Assembly (NCBI GenBank): GCA_020723305.1
Contig: DYJC01000003.1
Coordinates: 270,418-334,417, forward strand
DNA: 64,000 nucleotides
Reading direction: 5' to 3'
Source of the DNA: Desulfosudis oleivorans
Lineage (GTDB): Bacteria; Desulfobacterota; Desulfobacteria; Desulfobacterales; SURF-7
Shown: in pieces, positions 9,440 through 19,758 of the stretch
How positions within the stretch are numbered: the first letter of the stretch is position 1
How the letters are laid out: the number at the start of each line of letters is the position of its first letter
Made by a program: the position numbers and the translations under genes
Notes under the pieces: model-generated
The model's input: the letters and a program-made list of their open reading frames with translations, nothing else
What the model was told of the DNA's origin: nothing
Databases searched by the model: none

Positions 9440-9568
9440 ATGATACACTTTTTACTCATCATATCCGGAATCGGTGTAATGTTCTGCCTGTATCTGGCGA
9501 TTGTCTGTCTTCTGGCTGCATCCCAGGAGAATGTGTTGCCGGATATTGAGGATATCGAAATCAGCTAA
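9440..9568 (+). CDS. Possible 42-aa single-TM small protein
   Basis: An ATG at 9440 follows GGATGGAG. The peptide is MIHFLLIISGIGVMFCLYLAIVCLLAASQENVLPDIEDIEIS. It sits in an AT-rich, otherwise non-coding region. No homology is recognised. Confidence 0.25.
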   Translation: MIHFLLIISGIGVMFCLYLAIVCLLAASQENVLPDIEDIEIS

Positions 9569-9647
9569 ATCAGGGTGCAGTCATCAGCACAACGATATCT
9601 TATAGCAATGAAATGTATTGGTTAATAAAATTGGATTGGAATTATTC

Positions 9648-10985
9648 TCAACCCGCCGGAGGTCTCGGCAATTGGACAGCGGATTCCAGTCCCAAGACCA
9701 CTTCCGATAGGATACCTTTTTCAACATATATGGGACGAATGACGGCGCGAAGGGCCGGTAGCTTTCGCATGAAGATAATGGCGCATACCAGACAGAAGCT
9801 CCCGCCGATCACCAGTGTTTCGGGCGTCCCAATTCGATCGGCAACAGCTCCGGCCAGAAAGCTCCCGAGGGGGGTCGTACCCATGACGCACATGACGTAC
9901 AAACTCATTATCCGTCCGCGTTTGTCTTCGTCCACGATTGTCTGCAAGATGGTATTGCTGGAAGCCATCTGAACCATCATGCCGAATCCTGTAATGATCA
10001 GCAGCAATATGGAAAGCCATAGGTGGCGGGATAGCGCAAATCCGATCAGCCCTAGACTGAACAGAATAGCAGTCAAGGGAAGGATACGTACCAGGCCGAC
10101 CACTGTTTTTCGTGAGGCGAGATAAATCGCTCCGCACAGAGCACCTCCGCCTGTCGCACTCATGAGCAAGCCCATTGTGTGTGCGCCACCATGCAAAATG
10201 TCTTTGGCAAAAATCGGCATCAAAACAATATAAGGCGTTCCCAGTATGCTCATCACGATCAGCAGAGACAGCACAATCCGGATAGGAGCAAAACCAAAAG
10301 CATAGGAAAACCCCTCCTGCAGGCCATGAAGCATGTTTTGCTGTTTTGTTTTTCTTTCTACCTTGGGAATCCGCATCAGCAGCAGAGCGGAAATAACGAA
10401 CAGATAACTGAGCCCGTTCAGCAGAAAGCATGGGCCTTCTCCAAAAACGGTGATCAGAGCCCCGGCGATGGCCGGGCCCACCAGCCGGGCGCTGTTGAAC
10501 ATAGCGGAATTCAAGGCAATAGCGTTGCTCAGATCTTCTTTTTTTTCGATCATTTCCAGAGTAAATGCTTGCCGTACCGGCGTATCAAAGGCATTGATCA
10601 GTCCGAGAAAAACAGCCAGAATCATGATATGTTCGATCCGGATCGATCCGGTTATGATCAAACCGGCCAGTATCAAGGCCTGGAGCATGGCCAGCACCTG
10701 GGTTGTGACCAGCAGTCGTCGCCGATTTATCCTGTCGGCCAACACACCGGCAAAAGGAGAAAGCACAAAAACCGGGATCAGCCCAAGAAAGGAAACCGTA
10801 CCCAAAAGCACTTCCGAGGAAGTCAGCCGGTAAACCAGCCAGCTCATGGCCACCCGCTGGATCCAGGTACCGAGAAGGGAGATACTCTGGCCGGCGAAAA
10901 AGAGACGATAGTTCCGGGATGCCAGGGTCCGGAAAAGGTTTTTCAGTCCACTGGAGATTGCCGGATGATTAGGACCCTGATTCAT
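9648..10985 (-). CDS. MFS transporter (EntS/MFS_3-like)
   Basis: About 12 predicted TM segments. N-terminus NYRLFFAGQSISLLGTWIQRVAMSWLVY is typical of this MFS subfamily. Start moved to the internal ATG (MNQGPN...). Confidence 0.8.
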   Translation of the reverse strand: MNQGPNHPAISSGLKNLFRTLASRNYRLFFAGQSISLLGTWIQRVAMSWLVYRLTSSEVLLGTVSFLGLIPVFVLSPFAGVLADRINRRRLLVTTQVLAMLQALILAGLIITGSIRIEHIMILAVFLGLINAFDTPVRQAFTLEMIEKKEDLSNAIALNSAMFNSARLVGPAIAGALITVFGEGPCFLLNGLSYLFVISALLLMRIPKVERKTKQQNMLHGLQEGFSYAFGFAPIRIVLSLLIVMSILGTPYIVLMPIFAKDILHGGAHTMGLLMSATGGGALCGAIYLASRKTVVGLVRILPLTAILFSLGLIGFALSRHLWLSILLLIITGFGMMVQMASSNTILQTIVDEDKRGRIMSLYVMCVMGTTPLGSFLAGAVADRIGTPETLVIGGSFCLVCAIIFMRKLPALRAVIRPIYVEKGILSEVVLGLESAVQLPRPPAG

Positions 10986-12384
10986 TATGGCGAACCCTAT
11001 TGGGATTAGTCTTTTGTACCTTGTTGCGGTTGGGTGAAGAAATCGCCGGCGCAATCCGGTTGACGGGGCTGTTCGTAATCAAAGACCTGTTGAATCCCGT
11101 ATGATTGGGCTCGATTGCCCGGTCGGACTCGGCTTTTCTCTGTGAATGGGTTACCGGCTTTTTGATGATCTGGATTTTCCGTTCCTTATGATCGTCACGA
11201 TAGGTGCGGACGGCATTTCCAATCTGATTGATTTTGGTTCGCTTTTTTTGATCCATCGGGTTGAGTCGAACCGGAGAATCAATACTTCTCCTCACAGGGC
11301 TGAATCTGTTCGTCACACTATCTGTCCTGGGTGAATTGTGCCGGTTCAGGCCCTCTCCTACTCCAAAATCCGGTCTGCGCGATGGCCTTTCTGCTTCGTG
11401 TTCACGGCGTTTCTGAAATCGCGATTGCAGATGATCTACCCAATATTTGTCATTTCGATGGTGCCAGCGCTGATGTGCATAAATTGGATCATAACCGGAC
11501 TGTCTGCCATGGTGTGAAAACCAGGGATAGAATCCTTTCCGGTAGTATTTCGGGGCAAAATAGTCTCCAAAATAATAATGGCGATAGACGGGGCGCAGAA
11601 AAAGGCAATCGGAAAACACGTTCAGGTTCACCACATGTCCGGGTGAGTATGAAAACACTCCTCCTCTATATATATTTGGAGAGACATACACCGGCGCATA
11701 CAGAACACCCCGTTTGTCCGTGATTAAATCCCAATATCCGCTCACAAAAACATAGCCCCGGGGAGTCCAGGAATAATGGGCCGGAATCCATATCCAGTCC
11801 CTGTGCATTTTCGTCCAGAACCCAGGCCGCCAGGCGTAACGGCCTTGGTGCCGGATCCAGCATCCGGGAATCCAGCCATAATCAGACGAAGGGGCGTGAG
11901 TATCGGGACCCAATTCAATCGAGTCCGGCGGTTCCGGCAGGTATGTTGTCTCATTCGTCTGGATCGTAATCCAGTAACCGGAAATCCACTGAAAACCCTC
12001 ACCGGATTTGTCCCAATTACCCGGGACCCATTGCCGGCCAGGAGGCGGGATGCGCCAGATGCCGCTCACCCAGATATATTCGCTACGTTCATCATCCCAG
12101 GCCCAATACCCGGAAATCCATTGAACGTCTCCATCCGGTTTTTCCTCCGGCGGCACCTCCTCGATTAAAGGGGGAGGTTCTTCGGGAGCAGTCGTTCCTG
12201 GCTGAGGATCATGGACTACGGTTTCGGCAAAAGCCTCATGAATGGGCCCATGGGAAAGTACTTGCACCTCCCCATCTTCCCCGGATTCCTCCTGATCAGC
12301 CATGGCCGGATGCAAACCAAACCCCATTCCGATTGCTGCCGAAACGGCCAATATAAATGCAAACCGAACAAGGCGCAGGTTCAT
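10969..12384 (-). CDS. Secreted YXWGXW/WxxGxW-repeat protein with a basic, low-complexity C-terminal tail
   Basis: Signal peptide MNLRLVRFAFILAVSAAIGMGFGLHPAMA. Repeated W-x-x-G-x-W units include WISGYWAWDD, WVSGIWRIP, WVPGNWD, WISGYWIT, WIPGCWIRH and FVSGYWD. RBS AAGGAGA lies before the ATG at 12384. Confidence 0.7.
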   Translation of the reverse strand: MNLRLVRFAFILAVSAAIGMGFGLHPAMADQEESGEDGEVQVLSHGPIHEAFAETVVHDPQPGTTAPEEPPPLIEEVPPEEKPDGDVQWISGYWAWDDERSEYIWVSGIWRIPPPGRQWVPGNWDKSGEGFQWISGYWITIQTNETTYLPEPPDSIELGPDTHAPSSDYGWIPGCWIRHQGRYAWRPGFWTKMHRDWIWIPAHYSWTPRGYVFVSGYWDLITDKRGVLYAPVYVSPNIYRGGVFSYSPGHVVNLNVFSDCLFLRPVYRHYYFGDYFAPKYYRKGFYPWFSHHGRQSGYDPIYAHQRWHHRNDKYWVDHLQSRFQKRREHEAERPSRRPDFGVGEGLNRHNSPRTDSVTNRFSPVRRSIDSPVRLNPMDQKKRTKINQIGNAVRTYRDDHKERKIQIIKKPVTHSQRKAESDRAIEPNHTGFNRSLITNSPVNRIAPAISSPNRNKVQKTNPNRVRHNESGS

Positions 12385-12515
12385 GATTTTTATCTCCTTA
12401 TCTTTGAGCCGATGCGGATGCTGATTGTAAAAAAGCATCCGGCTGTTTGAAGATCAGTTGTAATTATAGCAAATTGGCAATGGCAGGCAACCATTATGTT
12501 GCAGAAACACGGTTA

Positions 12516-12544
12516 TTGACTCAGAGGGGTCTTGCATATATATT
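12516..12544 (+). promoter_or_regulatory. Sigma70-like promoter for the 4Fe-4S gene
   Basis: TTGACT (12516-12521), a 17-nt spacer, then TATATT (12539-12544), about 110 nt upstream of the start codon. Confidence 0.4.
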
Positions 12545-12653
12545 TGCACAACAGAAAATCAAGGCATTATCCATTCTTTGCCGACAAACGGTGCAGCAGC
12601 GGGGCCGCTTTTTCTGATAGGGGTATCGGTTTATCATTCAATTGGGAGGTATA

Positions 12654-13961
12654 ATGGGACACACAGCTGGAAAAGATGTTTATCGCCGTCTATGGAAAAA
12701 AGTGGACGGTTTGACAATGCGAACCCCTTGGAATAAAGCGTTTTATGATATTCTGAAGGAGCTCTACAGCCCGGATGAGGCAGATTTGATTGTTAAAATG
12801 CCCTACGGCGCATCCACCTTCGAACGTGTGGCCAGGATAACAAAATATTCCGATGTCAAATTGAAAAAGATACTGGATCAACTGTGTAAAAAAGGGCTTG
12901 TCATCGACTTTTTTACCAACAATCATTACCATTATATGCCGTCGCCTATTGTAATCGGTATATTCGAATTCACCATGATGCGGACAGGTGAAGGTCTGAA
13001 CTCAGAAGGGTGGGCGAAACTTTTCAGTCAATATTTTCCAGGCGCATTCTATGCCGGCAATCTAAGCCATGGTGAGATCACATCACTCATGCGCACCGTG
13101 CCTCATGATGAAATGATTCGTCCGTCATCACATGTGGAAGTCCTTGATTATGAAAAAGCAACATCGATTATTGAGTCGCACGACAAATTTTCCATCGGTT
13201 ATTGCTCCTGCCGCCATGAAAAGTCGCACATGAATGAAAAGGAGTGTGATGTGCCCATGGAAAGCTGCACGGCCTTCAGCTATGCAGCTGATTATCTGAT
13301 CCGGAATCGTCTGGCCAGAGAGGTCTCCAAATCCGAAATGCTGGAACATCTGGCAAGATCAAAAGAGATGGGGCTGGTACTGAATGCCGACAATGTGCAA
13401 AAAAATGTCAGCTATATGTGTCATTGCTGCGGATGCTGCTGCAATGTCCTTTTGGGAATTCGCAAGTACGGATATGATAATGTTGTGATTACTTCCAACT
13501 ATATTGCAAAGACGCATGAACAGGATTGTATTGGATGCGGGAAATGCGCCAAGGCTTGCCCGATTCATGCCATTGAAATGAAGCCGCTTACGCCTCCCAT
13601 TGGAAAGAAGAAAAAGCAGGCTGTTGTGGATACCTCTATCTGTATTGGATGCGGGGTATGCGCCTTGAGCTGTAAAATAAAGGCCATGTCGCTTGTTCCA
13701 CGCAAACAAAGAGTCTTGCATCCTGAAACAACATTTCAGCGGGTGATCCTGCAATGCCTGGATAGGGGGACGCTTCAGAACCAGATTTTCGACAACCCCC
13801 AAAGTATCAGTCAGTCCGTCATGCGTGCGATAGTAGGTGCATTTTTTAAACTGCCGCCGGTTAAAAGAGCTCTTTTGGGCGACACACTTCGTTCCACTTT
13901 TTTAAAGGCGATGGAGTCAGGAGTCAAACTCCAGGGCAAGGGCTGGGTGATGGATATGTAA
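12654..13961 (+). CDS. Cys-rich 4Fe-4S dicluster domain protein
   Basis: Two ferredoxin motifs, CIGCGKCAKACP and CIGCGVCALSCK. Additional Cys clusters are CSCRHEKSH...C and MCHCCGCCC. GGGAGG lies before the ATG at 12654. Confidence 0.7.
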   Translation: MGHTAGKDVYRRLWKKVDGLTMRTPWNKAFYDILKELYSPDEADLIVKMPYGASTFERVARITKYSDVKLKKILDQLCKKGLVIDFFTNNHYHYMPSPIVIGIFEFTMMRTGEGLNSEGWAKLFSQYFPGAFYAGNLSHGEITSLMRTVPHDEMIRPSSHVEVLDYEKATSIIESHDKFSIGYCSCRHEKSHMNEKECDVPMESCTAFSYAADYLIRNRLAREVSKSEMLEHLARSKEMGLVLNADNVQKNVSYMCHCCGCCCNVLLGIRKYGYDNVVITSNYIAKTHEQDCIGCGKCAKACPIHAIEMKPLTPPIGKKKKQAVVDTSICIGCGVCALSCKIKAMSLVPRKQRVLHPETTFQRVILQCLDRGTLQNQIFDNPQSISQSVMRAIVGAFFKLPPVKRALLGDTLRSTFLKAMESGVKLQGKGWVMDM

Positions 13962-13993
13962 AAGAGAATTACAGAAAAAAGGGATCATAATAC

Positions 13994-14914
13994 ATGTTAA
14001 ATTTTTTAAGTCGATTCATATCATTCCTGCCATTATCATGGGCAATGGCCTTTGGTCGCTTTCTCGGGGGAGTTTGGTACCATATTATTCCGATCCGAAG
14101 AGGGGTGGCGATGCATAATATCAACCGGGCACTCGGGAAAGAACTATCCTTAAAGGAACAGCGGAAAAATATTCGGGAACTTTTTTCCAATTTTGGTATG
14201 TATATTGTCGAAATACTGCGTATACCTTATATGACTCTCACCGAAAATGAAAAATTGGTTCAGATTGACGGGTGGGAACATGTTGACGCTTCCCTTGAAC
14301 GCGGGAAAGGCGTTATCCTGGTTGCTACTCATGTTGATAATGTCGACCTTGGCGGCTGTTCAATGGCTATGAGGGGTGCGCCTATTGCGGTTGTAGCTAA
14401 AAAAATGAGTAAGACCGCAGAACGATTTATCTCCAAGGTTCGTGAGAATACCGGTGTTATTATTATTTCCGGTAAAGGTACCAAAAATTATATTAAAGAA
14501 TTGCTATCTGAAAATAAAATTGTAACGATCGTTATCGATCAGCACCTCGCAAAGCATCGTTCTATTGTTTGCAATTTTTTTGGTCAATGGGCTTCCACCA
14601 CACCGGCTCCAGCTCGTTTTGCCCTTGAAACCGGTGCCACGATCATACCGGCGGTTATTACGCGGAAAGAAAAAGCCGGGTATCATCATGTAAAGGTGTC
14701 TCCACCCTTTTGCCTGGAAACACCCTATCCCGATAACGATATGAATATTCGACATAATACGGAAAGACTGAACCGGATCGCTGAACAATGGATTCGCGAA
14801 ACTCCAAACCAATGGTGGTGGTTTCACAAGCGATGGAAAGTTCAAGACAATCCGGATGGGTGGGAAATTCCGGAATCTCTGATTCAGGATAGTACCGAAA
14901 AACTGAATAGTTGA
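13994..14914 (+). CDS. Lysophospholipid / lipid A biosynthesis acyltransferase (LpxL/HtrB family)
   Basis: N-terminal membrane anchor, an HX4D-type motif (ATHVDNVDLGG), and a WWWFHKRWK tail typical of the family. Confidence 0.7.
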   Translation: MLNFLSRFISFLPLSWAMAFGRFLGGVWYHIIPIRRGVAMHNINRALGKELSLKEQRKNIRELFSNFGMYIVEILRIPYMTLTENEKLVQIDGWEHVDASLERGKGVILVATHVDNVDLGGCSMAMRGAPIAVVAKKMSKTAERFISKVRENTGVIIISGKGTKNYIKELLSENKIVTIVIDQHLAKHRSIVCNFFGQWASTTPAPARFALETGATIIPAVITRKEKAGYHHVKVSPPFCLETPYPDNDMNIRHNTERLNRIAEQWIRETPNQWWWFHKRWKVQDNPDGWEIPESLIQDSTEKLNS

Positions 14915-14941
14915 ACCTTTTCAATAACAACTATATTTTTT

Positions 14942-14955
14942 TTGACTCAGGTCAA
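14942..14955. promoter_or_regulatory. Perfect CRP/FNR-family palindrome TTGAC-N4-GTCAA upstream of hcp
   Basis: The sequence is TTGACTCAGGTCAA. Its centre lies 41.5 nt upstream of position 14990. That places TATATG (14978-14983) where a -10 box would sit in a class II FNR-type promoter. Confidence 0.5.
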
Positions 14956-15100
14956 GGTTTTTCTTTTCAACATACCCTATATGGCATTCAACAACCGGGC
15001 AGAGAATGCCGGATAAAGGAATGACAAGGTTGCATGAGAAAAGAAAAATCATGATCATACTGTTACCAATAACCATATTATGTAATCAAGGAGGTTGATC

Positions 15101-16744
15101 ATGTTTTGTTTTCAATGCCAGGAGACAGCCAAAGGAACCGGCTGCACAATAAAGGGTGTTTGCGGAAAAGAGGAGACCACTGCCAATCTTCAGGATCTGC
15201 TTATCTTTAACCTGAAAGGCATTGCCGTTCTGGCTGTAAAAGGGAAGGTCGCAGGAGTGGATGTAATCAAGGAAGCCGGACAGTTTGTCACGCAGGGTCT
15301 TTTTACCACCATCACCAACGTCAATTTTAATGATCCCAATTTGATTCAGTGGATCAAAAAAGCGCAGGAATACAAAAAAAATCTGAAGAATAAAATGGAA
15401 GGAAAAGTAACCGGTGCGCTTGATGATGCCGTCCTTTGGTTTTCCGATGATGAGGCAGCCTTTCAGGCAAAGGCAAAAACAGTCGGCGTGCTGGCAACAG
15501 AAAATGAGGATGTCCGGTCATTACGTCAGCTTCTGATCATCGGGTTGAAAGGAATTTCTGCGTATGCGGATCATGCGGCAATTCTCGGCGTTGAAAAAGA
15601 TGAAATCTATGCGTTTATCCTTAGTGCCCTTGCATCCACCACAGAAAACCTCACTGTGGATCAGATGGTCGGTTGGGTGCTGAAAGCCGGAGAGTGTTCT
15701 GTGACAACGATGGCGGCTTTAGATCAGGCAAACACGACAGCTTATGGCAACCCTGAAATTACAGAGGTTAATATCGGTGTCGGCAAAAATCCGGGAATCC
15801 TGATCAGCGGACATGATCTGAAAGATATGGACGAACTCCTGAAGCAGACAGAGGGAAAAGGAGTGGATGTTTATACACACGGCGAAATGCTGCCTGCAAA
15901 CTACTATCCTGCTTTTAAAAAATATTCACACCTGAAAGGAAATTACGGAAGTTCATGGTGGAAACAGAATGAGGATTTTGAAACGTTTAATGGTGCGATT
16001 CTGATGACCACAAACTGCATTATCCCGATCAAGAGTAAAAACACCTATCAGAACAGAATTTTTACAACCGGTGTGGTCTCCTATCCGGGCTTGACACACA
16101 TTGCAGAAAGAGAATCCGGAAAAGCCAAGGATTTCTCACCAATCATCGAGGTTGCAAAAAAATGTGCCCCGCCCCAGGAGATTGAGACCGGAAAGATTGT
16201 CGGTGGATTCGCCCATCATCAGGTGCTTGCTCTTGCGGATAAGGTGATCGGAGCGGTCAAGTCCGGCGCAATCAAGCGGTTTATCGTCATGGCCGGCTGC
16301 GATGGAAGACAGAAAGGCCGGGCCTATTTCACAGAAGTTGCGGAAAAACTACCCAAAGACACGATTATTCTGACAGCCGGTTGCGCAAAATACCGCTATA
16401 ACAAACTCAACCTTGGCGATATCGGCGGTATTCCAAGGGTTCTGGATGCCGGACAGTGTAATGACTGTTATTCACTTGCAGTGATTGCAATGAAACTCCG
16501 GGATGCCTTTGGCCTTGGACATATCAACGATCTTCCGCTTTCATTTGATATTGCATGGTATGAGCAGAAGGCAGTTGCGGTTCTTCTGGCGCTGCTCCAT
16601 CTTCAGATCAAGGGAATCCGTCTTGGTCCGACACTGCCGGGATCCGTATCTCCGGGCGTTCTCAAGGTTCTGGTTGAAAATTTTGATATCAAACTCATCG
16701 GAGAGGCAGAGGCGGATATCCAGGCGATGATGGCAGGGAAATAA
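15101..16744 (+). CDS. hcp: Hybrid cluster protein / hydroxylamine reductase
   Basis: Hallmark N-terminus [23 protein letters not shown]. Length of about 547 aa. AAGGAGG RBS upstream. Confidence 0.95.
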   Translation: MFCFQCQETAKGTGCTIKGVCGKEETTANLQDLLIFNLKGIAVLAVKGKVAGVDVIKEAGQFVTQGLFTTITNVNFNDPNLIQWIKKAQEYKKNLKNKMEGKVTGALDDAVLWFSDDEAAFQAKAKTVGVLATENEDVRSLRQLLIIGLKGISAYADHAAILGVEKDEIYAFILSALASTTENLTVDQMVGWVLKAGECSVTTMAALDQANTTAYGNPEITEVNIGVGKNPGILISGHDLKDMDELLKQTEGKGVDVYTHGEMLPANYYPAFKKYSHLKGNYGSSWWKQNEDFETFNGAILMTTNCIIPIKSKNTYQNRIFTTGVVSYPGLTHIAERESGKAKDFSPIIEVAKKCAPPQEIETGKIVGGFAHHQVLALADKVIGAVKSGAIKRFIVMAGCDGRQKGRAYFTEVAEKLPKDTIILTAGCAKYRYNKLNLGDIGGIPRVLDAGQCNDCYSLAVIAMKLRDAFGLGHINDLPLSFDIAWYEQKAVAVLLALLHLQIKGIRLGPTLPGSVSPGVLKVLVENFDIKLIGEAEADIQAMMAGK

Positions 16745-16878
16745 ATTGAGAATCGTGATCATGCAGCATCAATTGACGTAATTAATTGTGTGCTGCCCTG
16801 AAACAGTGGAAATCAGGATTGCCCGGATACATTACATCCTGAACTATTATTCATCCCTAAAGTGAAAGGAGATAAATC

Positions 16879-19122
16879 ATGATTAGTTCACGGCTTAAAA
16901 TGTTTTTTGTGGTTTCATTTACAGGTGCAGTCCTGATTGCACTGATCGGGTATTATTTCACAGCACAGGATTTACCGCCATATCCAAAGCAGGTTGTTTC
17001 GGAAGGTGGAAACCTTTTAACAGGAAAAGACCGGATCATGGCCGGTCAGCAGGTATGGCAGAAATATGGTCTGATGGACTTAGGGAGCGTGTGGGGACAT
17101 GGAACATACAGGGGGCCGGATTTTACAGCTCAGGCACTTCACGCCATGGTTAAAAATATGCGGGAAAAACTGGCCGGGGAAAGATATGGGGCTTCTTATT
17201 CCACACTGGATACCCAATCCAGAGGTTCTGTGGATTCCGTGGTAATCGAACAGATCAAAACCAACCGTTATGATAAGAATACCGACACCCTGGTGCTGAG
17301 TCCTCTTCAGGAATATTCACTTCTTGAAAATCGAAAATTCTACAGCAATTTATTCACATCCGGAAATCCGGAAGGTCCGATCCGGGCGGAAACCATACGG
17401 AATCCGGAAGAGCTGAGTCAGTTGGCGGATTTTTTCTTCTGGACAGCTTGGTGCGCAGGGACTACCCGCCCTTCGGATACGCACACTTACACCAACAACT
17501 GGCCGCATGACCCTGAAGCAGGAAATGTGCTTTCCGGAAAATCACTGGTATGGTCTGCCATCTCTCTGGTTGTTTTTGGTTTTTTTCTGGGGGTGATCAT
17601 TTTTATCTACCATAAATACCGTTTCAATCAGGGGTCGCTTGCCTATAAGCCTGAGCTTGCAATCGAACTTGCAAACGGAAAGATCTCTTCCAGCCAACGG
17701 AAAACAGCCAAATATTTTTTTGTCGTATCCGCGTTATTTTTTGTTCAGATCAACATGGGCGGCCTGATGGCACATTATACCATCCATCCGGATTCGTTCT
17801 ATGGATTTGATTATATCGCCAGATGGATTCCCTATAACTGGGTGAAATCATGGCATCTGCAACTGGCGGTATTCTGGATTGCCACCGCATGGATCGGCAT
17901 GACCCTTTTTGTTTCTCCGCGGGTAGGCGGAACCGAACCAAAACTTCAGGGATTTCTGGTTGATGTACTTTTTGTCGCAGTTGTGATCGTGGTTGTCGGA
18001 AGTCTGACCGGTGAAGTGCTCGGGTTGAAAGGTTTACTCGGCAAATACTGGTTCTGGCTGGGGCATCAGGGCTGGGAATATCTGGAACTGGGTCGTTTGT
18101 GGCAGATTCTGCTGCTTGCAGGTCTTGTTATCTGGCTGGTTCTGGTCGTTCGCGCTTTACGTTCTGCAATGAGTCAGGATAGATGGGGTCTCCCATCGTT
18201 TCTGGCATATTCCGGAATTGCCGTTGTCGGCTTTTTCTGTTTCGGACTGTTTTATGATGCTCATTCCCATTTAACGATTGCTGATTTCTGGCGTTGGTGG
18301 GTGGTTCACACATGGGTGGAAGGCTCTTTTGAGTTTTTTGCTTCGGCAGCCATTGTGTTTGTATTGGTCAACCTGGGACTAACAGATCTGACGTCAGGAC
18401 TTCGCACGGTATATTTTACAGTCAGCATTGCGATGTTTTCCGGAATCATCGGCGTGGGGCACCATTATTACTGGTTTGGTGAGCCTTCTTTATGGCTTGC
18501 ACTGGGGTCGACAATTTCCGCCCTTGAACCCATACCGATTCTGCTGCTTCTCTCAGAGGTGTGGCATGGTCAGAGAGCGCTGGTTAAAGCAGGAAGCAGT
18601 TTCCCCTACCGCTATCCCCTGATGTTTCTGATGGCGTCCGTGACATGGGAATTTATCGGAGCCGGTGTTATGGGGCTTTCAATCACCACACCGGTAGTCA
18701 ACTACTATGAACACGGAACATATTTGACGGTTAATCATGGTCATACGGCTCTGTTCGGCACATACGGGATTCTTGCTGTCGGGCTGCTGCTGTTCTCCAT
18801 GCGAGGATTGGTAAATAAGGATGGATGGAGTGAGGGATACCTGAAAATGGCGTTCTGGGGAACCAACATCGGTTTGCTGGGCATGTTCATTCTGACGCTG
18901 CTGCCGGTCGGTATCCTTCAGGTGCTGGATAACATACAATATGGTTTCTGGCATGCCCGCTCCGATGGTTTCTGGAATCAGGAGATCATTAAAACCCTGG
19001 GCGTTATCCGAATGATTCCTGATTTGATTCTCATACTGGGATCTTTTGGATTGCTGATGTTCATGTTGAAAGCCATTACAAAACTGAAACCGGTTGAAAT
19101 CAGTGAAGGCGGTCGCTTTTAA
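16879..19122 (+). CDS. norZ: Quinol-dependent nitric oxide reductase large subunit (qNor, NorZ/NorB family; heme-copper oxidase superfamily)
   Basis: 747 aa. One N-terminal TM helix plus a ~200-aa periplasmic extension is fused to a 12-TM subunit-I-like core. His ligand motifs are GVGHHYYWFG and VNHGHTALFGTYG. Confidence 0.85.
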   Translation: MISSRLKMFFVVSFTGAVLIALIGYYFTAQDLPPYPKQVVSEGGNLLTGKDRIMAGQQVWQKYGLMDLGSVWGHGTYRGPDFTAQALHAMVKNMREKLAGERYGASYSTLDTQSRGSVDSVVIEQIKTNRYDKNTDTLVLSPLQEYSLLENRKFYSNLFTSGNPEGPIRAETIRNPEELSQLADFFFWTAWCAGTTRPSDTHTYTNNWPHDPEAGNVLSGKSLVWSAISLVVFGFFLGVIIFIYHKYRFNQGSLAYKPELAIELANGKISSSQRKTAKYFFVVSALFFVQINMGGLMAHYTIHPDSFYGFDYIARWIPYNWVKSWHLQLAVFWIATAWIGMTLFVSPRVGGTEPKLQGFLVDVLFVAVVIVVVGSLTGEVLGLKGLLGKYWFWLGHQGWEYLELGRLWQILLLAGLVIWLVLVVRALRSAMSQDRWGLPSFLAYSGIAVVGFFCFGLFYDAHSHLTIADFWRWWVVHTWVEGSFEFFASAAIVFVLVNLGLTDLTSGLRTVYFTVSIAMFSGIIGVGHHYYWFGEPSLWLALGSTISALEPIPILLLLSEVWHGQRALVKAGSSFPYRYPLMFLMASVTWEFIGAGVMGLSITTPVVNYYEHGTYLTVNHGHTALFGTYGILAVGLLLFSMRGLVNKDGWSEGYLKMAFWGTNIGLLGMFILTLLPVGILQVLDNIQYGFWHARSDGFWNQEIIKTLGVIRMIPDLILILGSFGLLMFMLKAITKLKPVEISEGGRF

Positions 19123-19136
19123 AATTCAGGAGGATT

Positions 19137-19730
19137 ATGAAAATCAACACATTGAATCAATGTACAATCGGTTTTACCGATGATGATATTGTTGAGGCCA
19201 TGAGAGATATTACCGGATATCTGGATATAACTCCGTCGGATTTCAAGGAGGTTTATCAGATTGCATCCAGACATGCCATGGAACGGCTGAAAAAATCCAT
19301 CAAGGCTGCGCATGTAATGACAACGCCTGTAATAACGGTATCCGAAGAAGAGCCTCTTCTTTATGCAGCAAAACTGATGGCGCACAATACTATTTCAGGC
19401 CTTCCGGTACTGAATCACAAGCAACGTGTTTCAGGTATCCTTTCCGAAAAGGATTTTTTGAAAAAAATAATGCAGGATCATAACGGGTCATTCATGAGTC
19501 TCATCGCCCAATGCCTTGAAGTCAGCGGGTGCCTGGCAACAGATTTAAGAAATCTTCATGTAAAGGATATAATGTCCTCTCCTCCCATATGTGTAAAAGA
19601 GTCTGTACCCATTATGGAGGTAGCAATAATACTGGAATCCCGCAAGATAAACAGGGTACCGGTTTTGGATGAAAATTCAAACCTCGCCGGAATCATAGCC
19701 AGATCCGATATTGTTCAGGTACTGTGTTGA
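19137..19730 (+). CDS. CBS-pair domain protein
   Basis: Two CBS motifs (VMTTPVITVSEEEPL...ISGLPVL and IMSSPPICVKESVPI...INRVPVLD). The start is 15 nt after the norZ stop. Confidence 0.8.
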   Translation: MKINTLNQCTIGFTDDDIVEAMRDITGYLDITPSDFKEVYQIASRHAMERLKKSIKAAHVMTTPVITVSEEEPLLYAAKLMAHNTISGLPVLNHKQRVSGILSEKDFLKKIMQDHNGSFMSLIAQCLEVSGCLATDLRNLHVKDIMSSPPICVKESVPIMEVAIILESRKINRVPVLDENSNLAGIIARSDIVQVLC

Positions 19731-19758
19731 TTTTTTAAAAAAATACCAGGAGTGCATT

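Noticed and set aside
12594-12612. A hairpin followed by a T-run (AGCGG-gg-CCGCT-TTTTT) in the leader of the 4Fe-4S gene, as a possible attenuator or terminator.
   Set aside because: The stem is only 5 bp and the 2-nt loop is sterically implausible. No upstream gene needs a terminator there.
16745-16878. A second FNR/HcpR-type site in the hcp-norZ spacer (TTGACGTAATTAAT and CAATT-N9-AATTG).
   Set aside because: Only one half-site matches TTGAC, the partner half is not complementary, and the alternative inverted repeat is short and AT-rich. norZ is more simply explained as co-transcribed with hcp, or driven by an unrecognised promoter.
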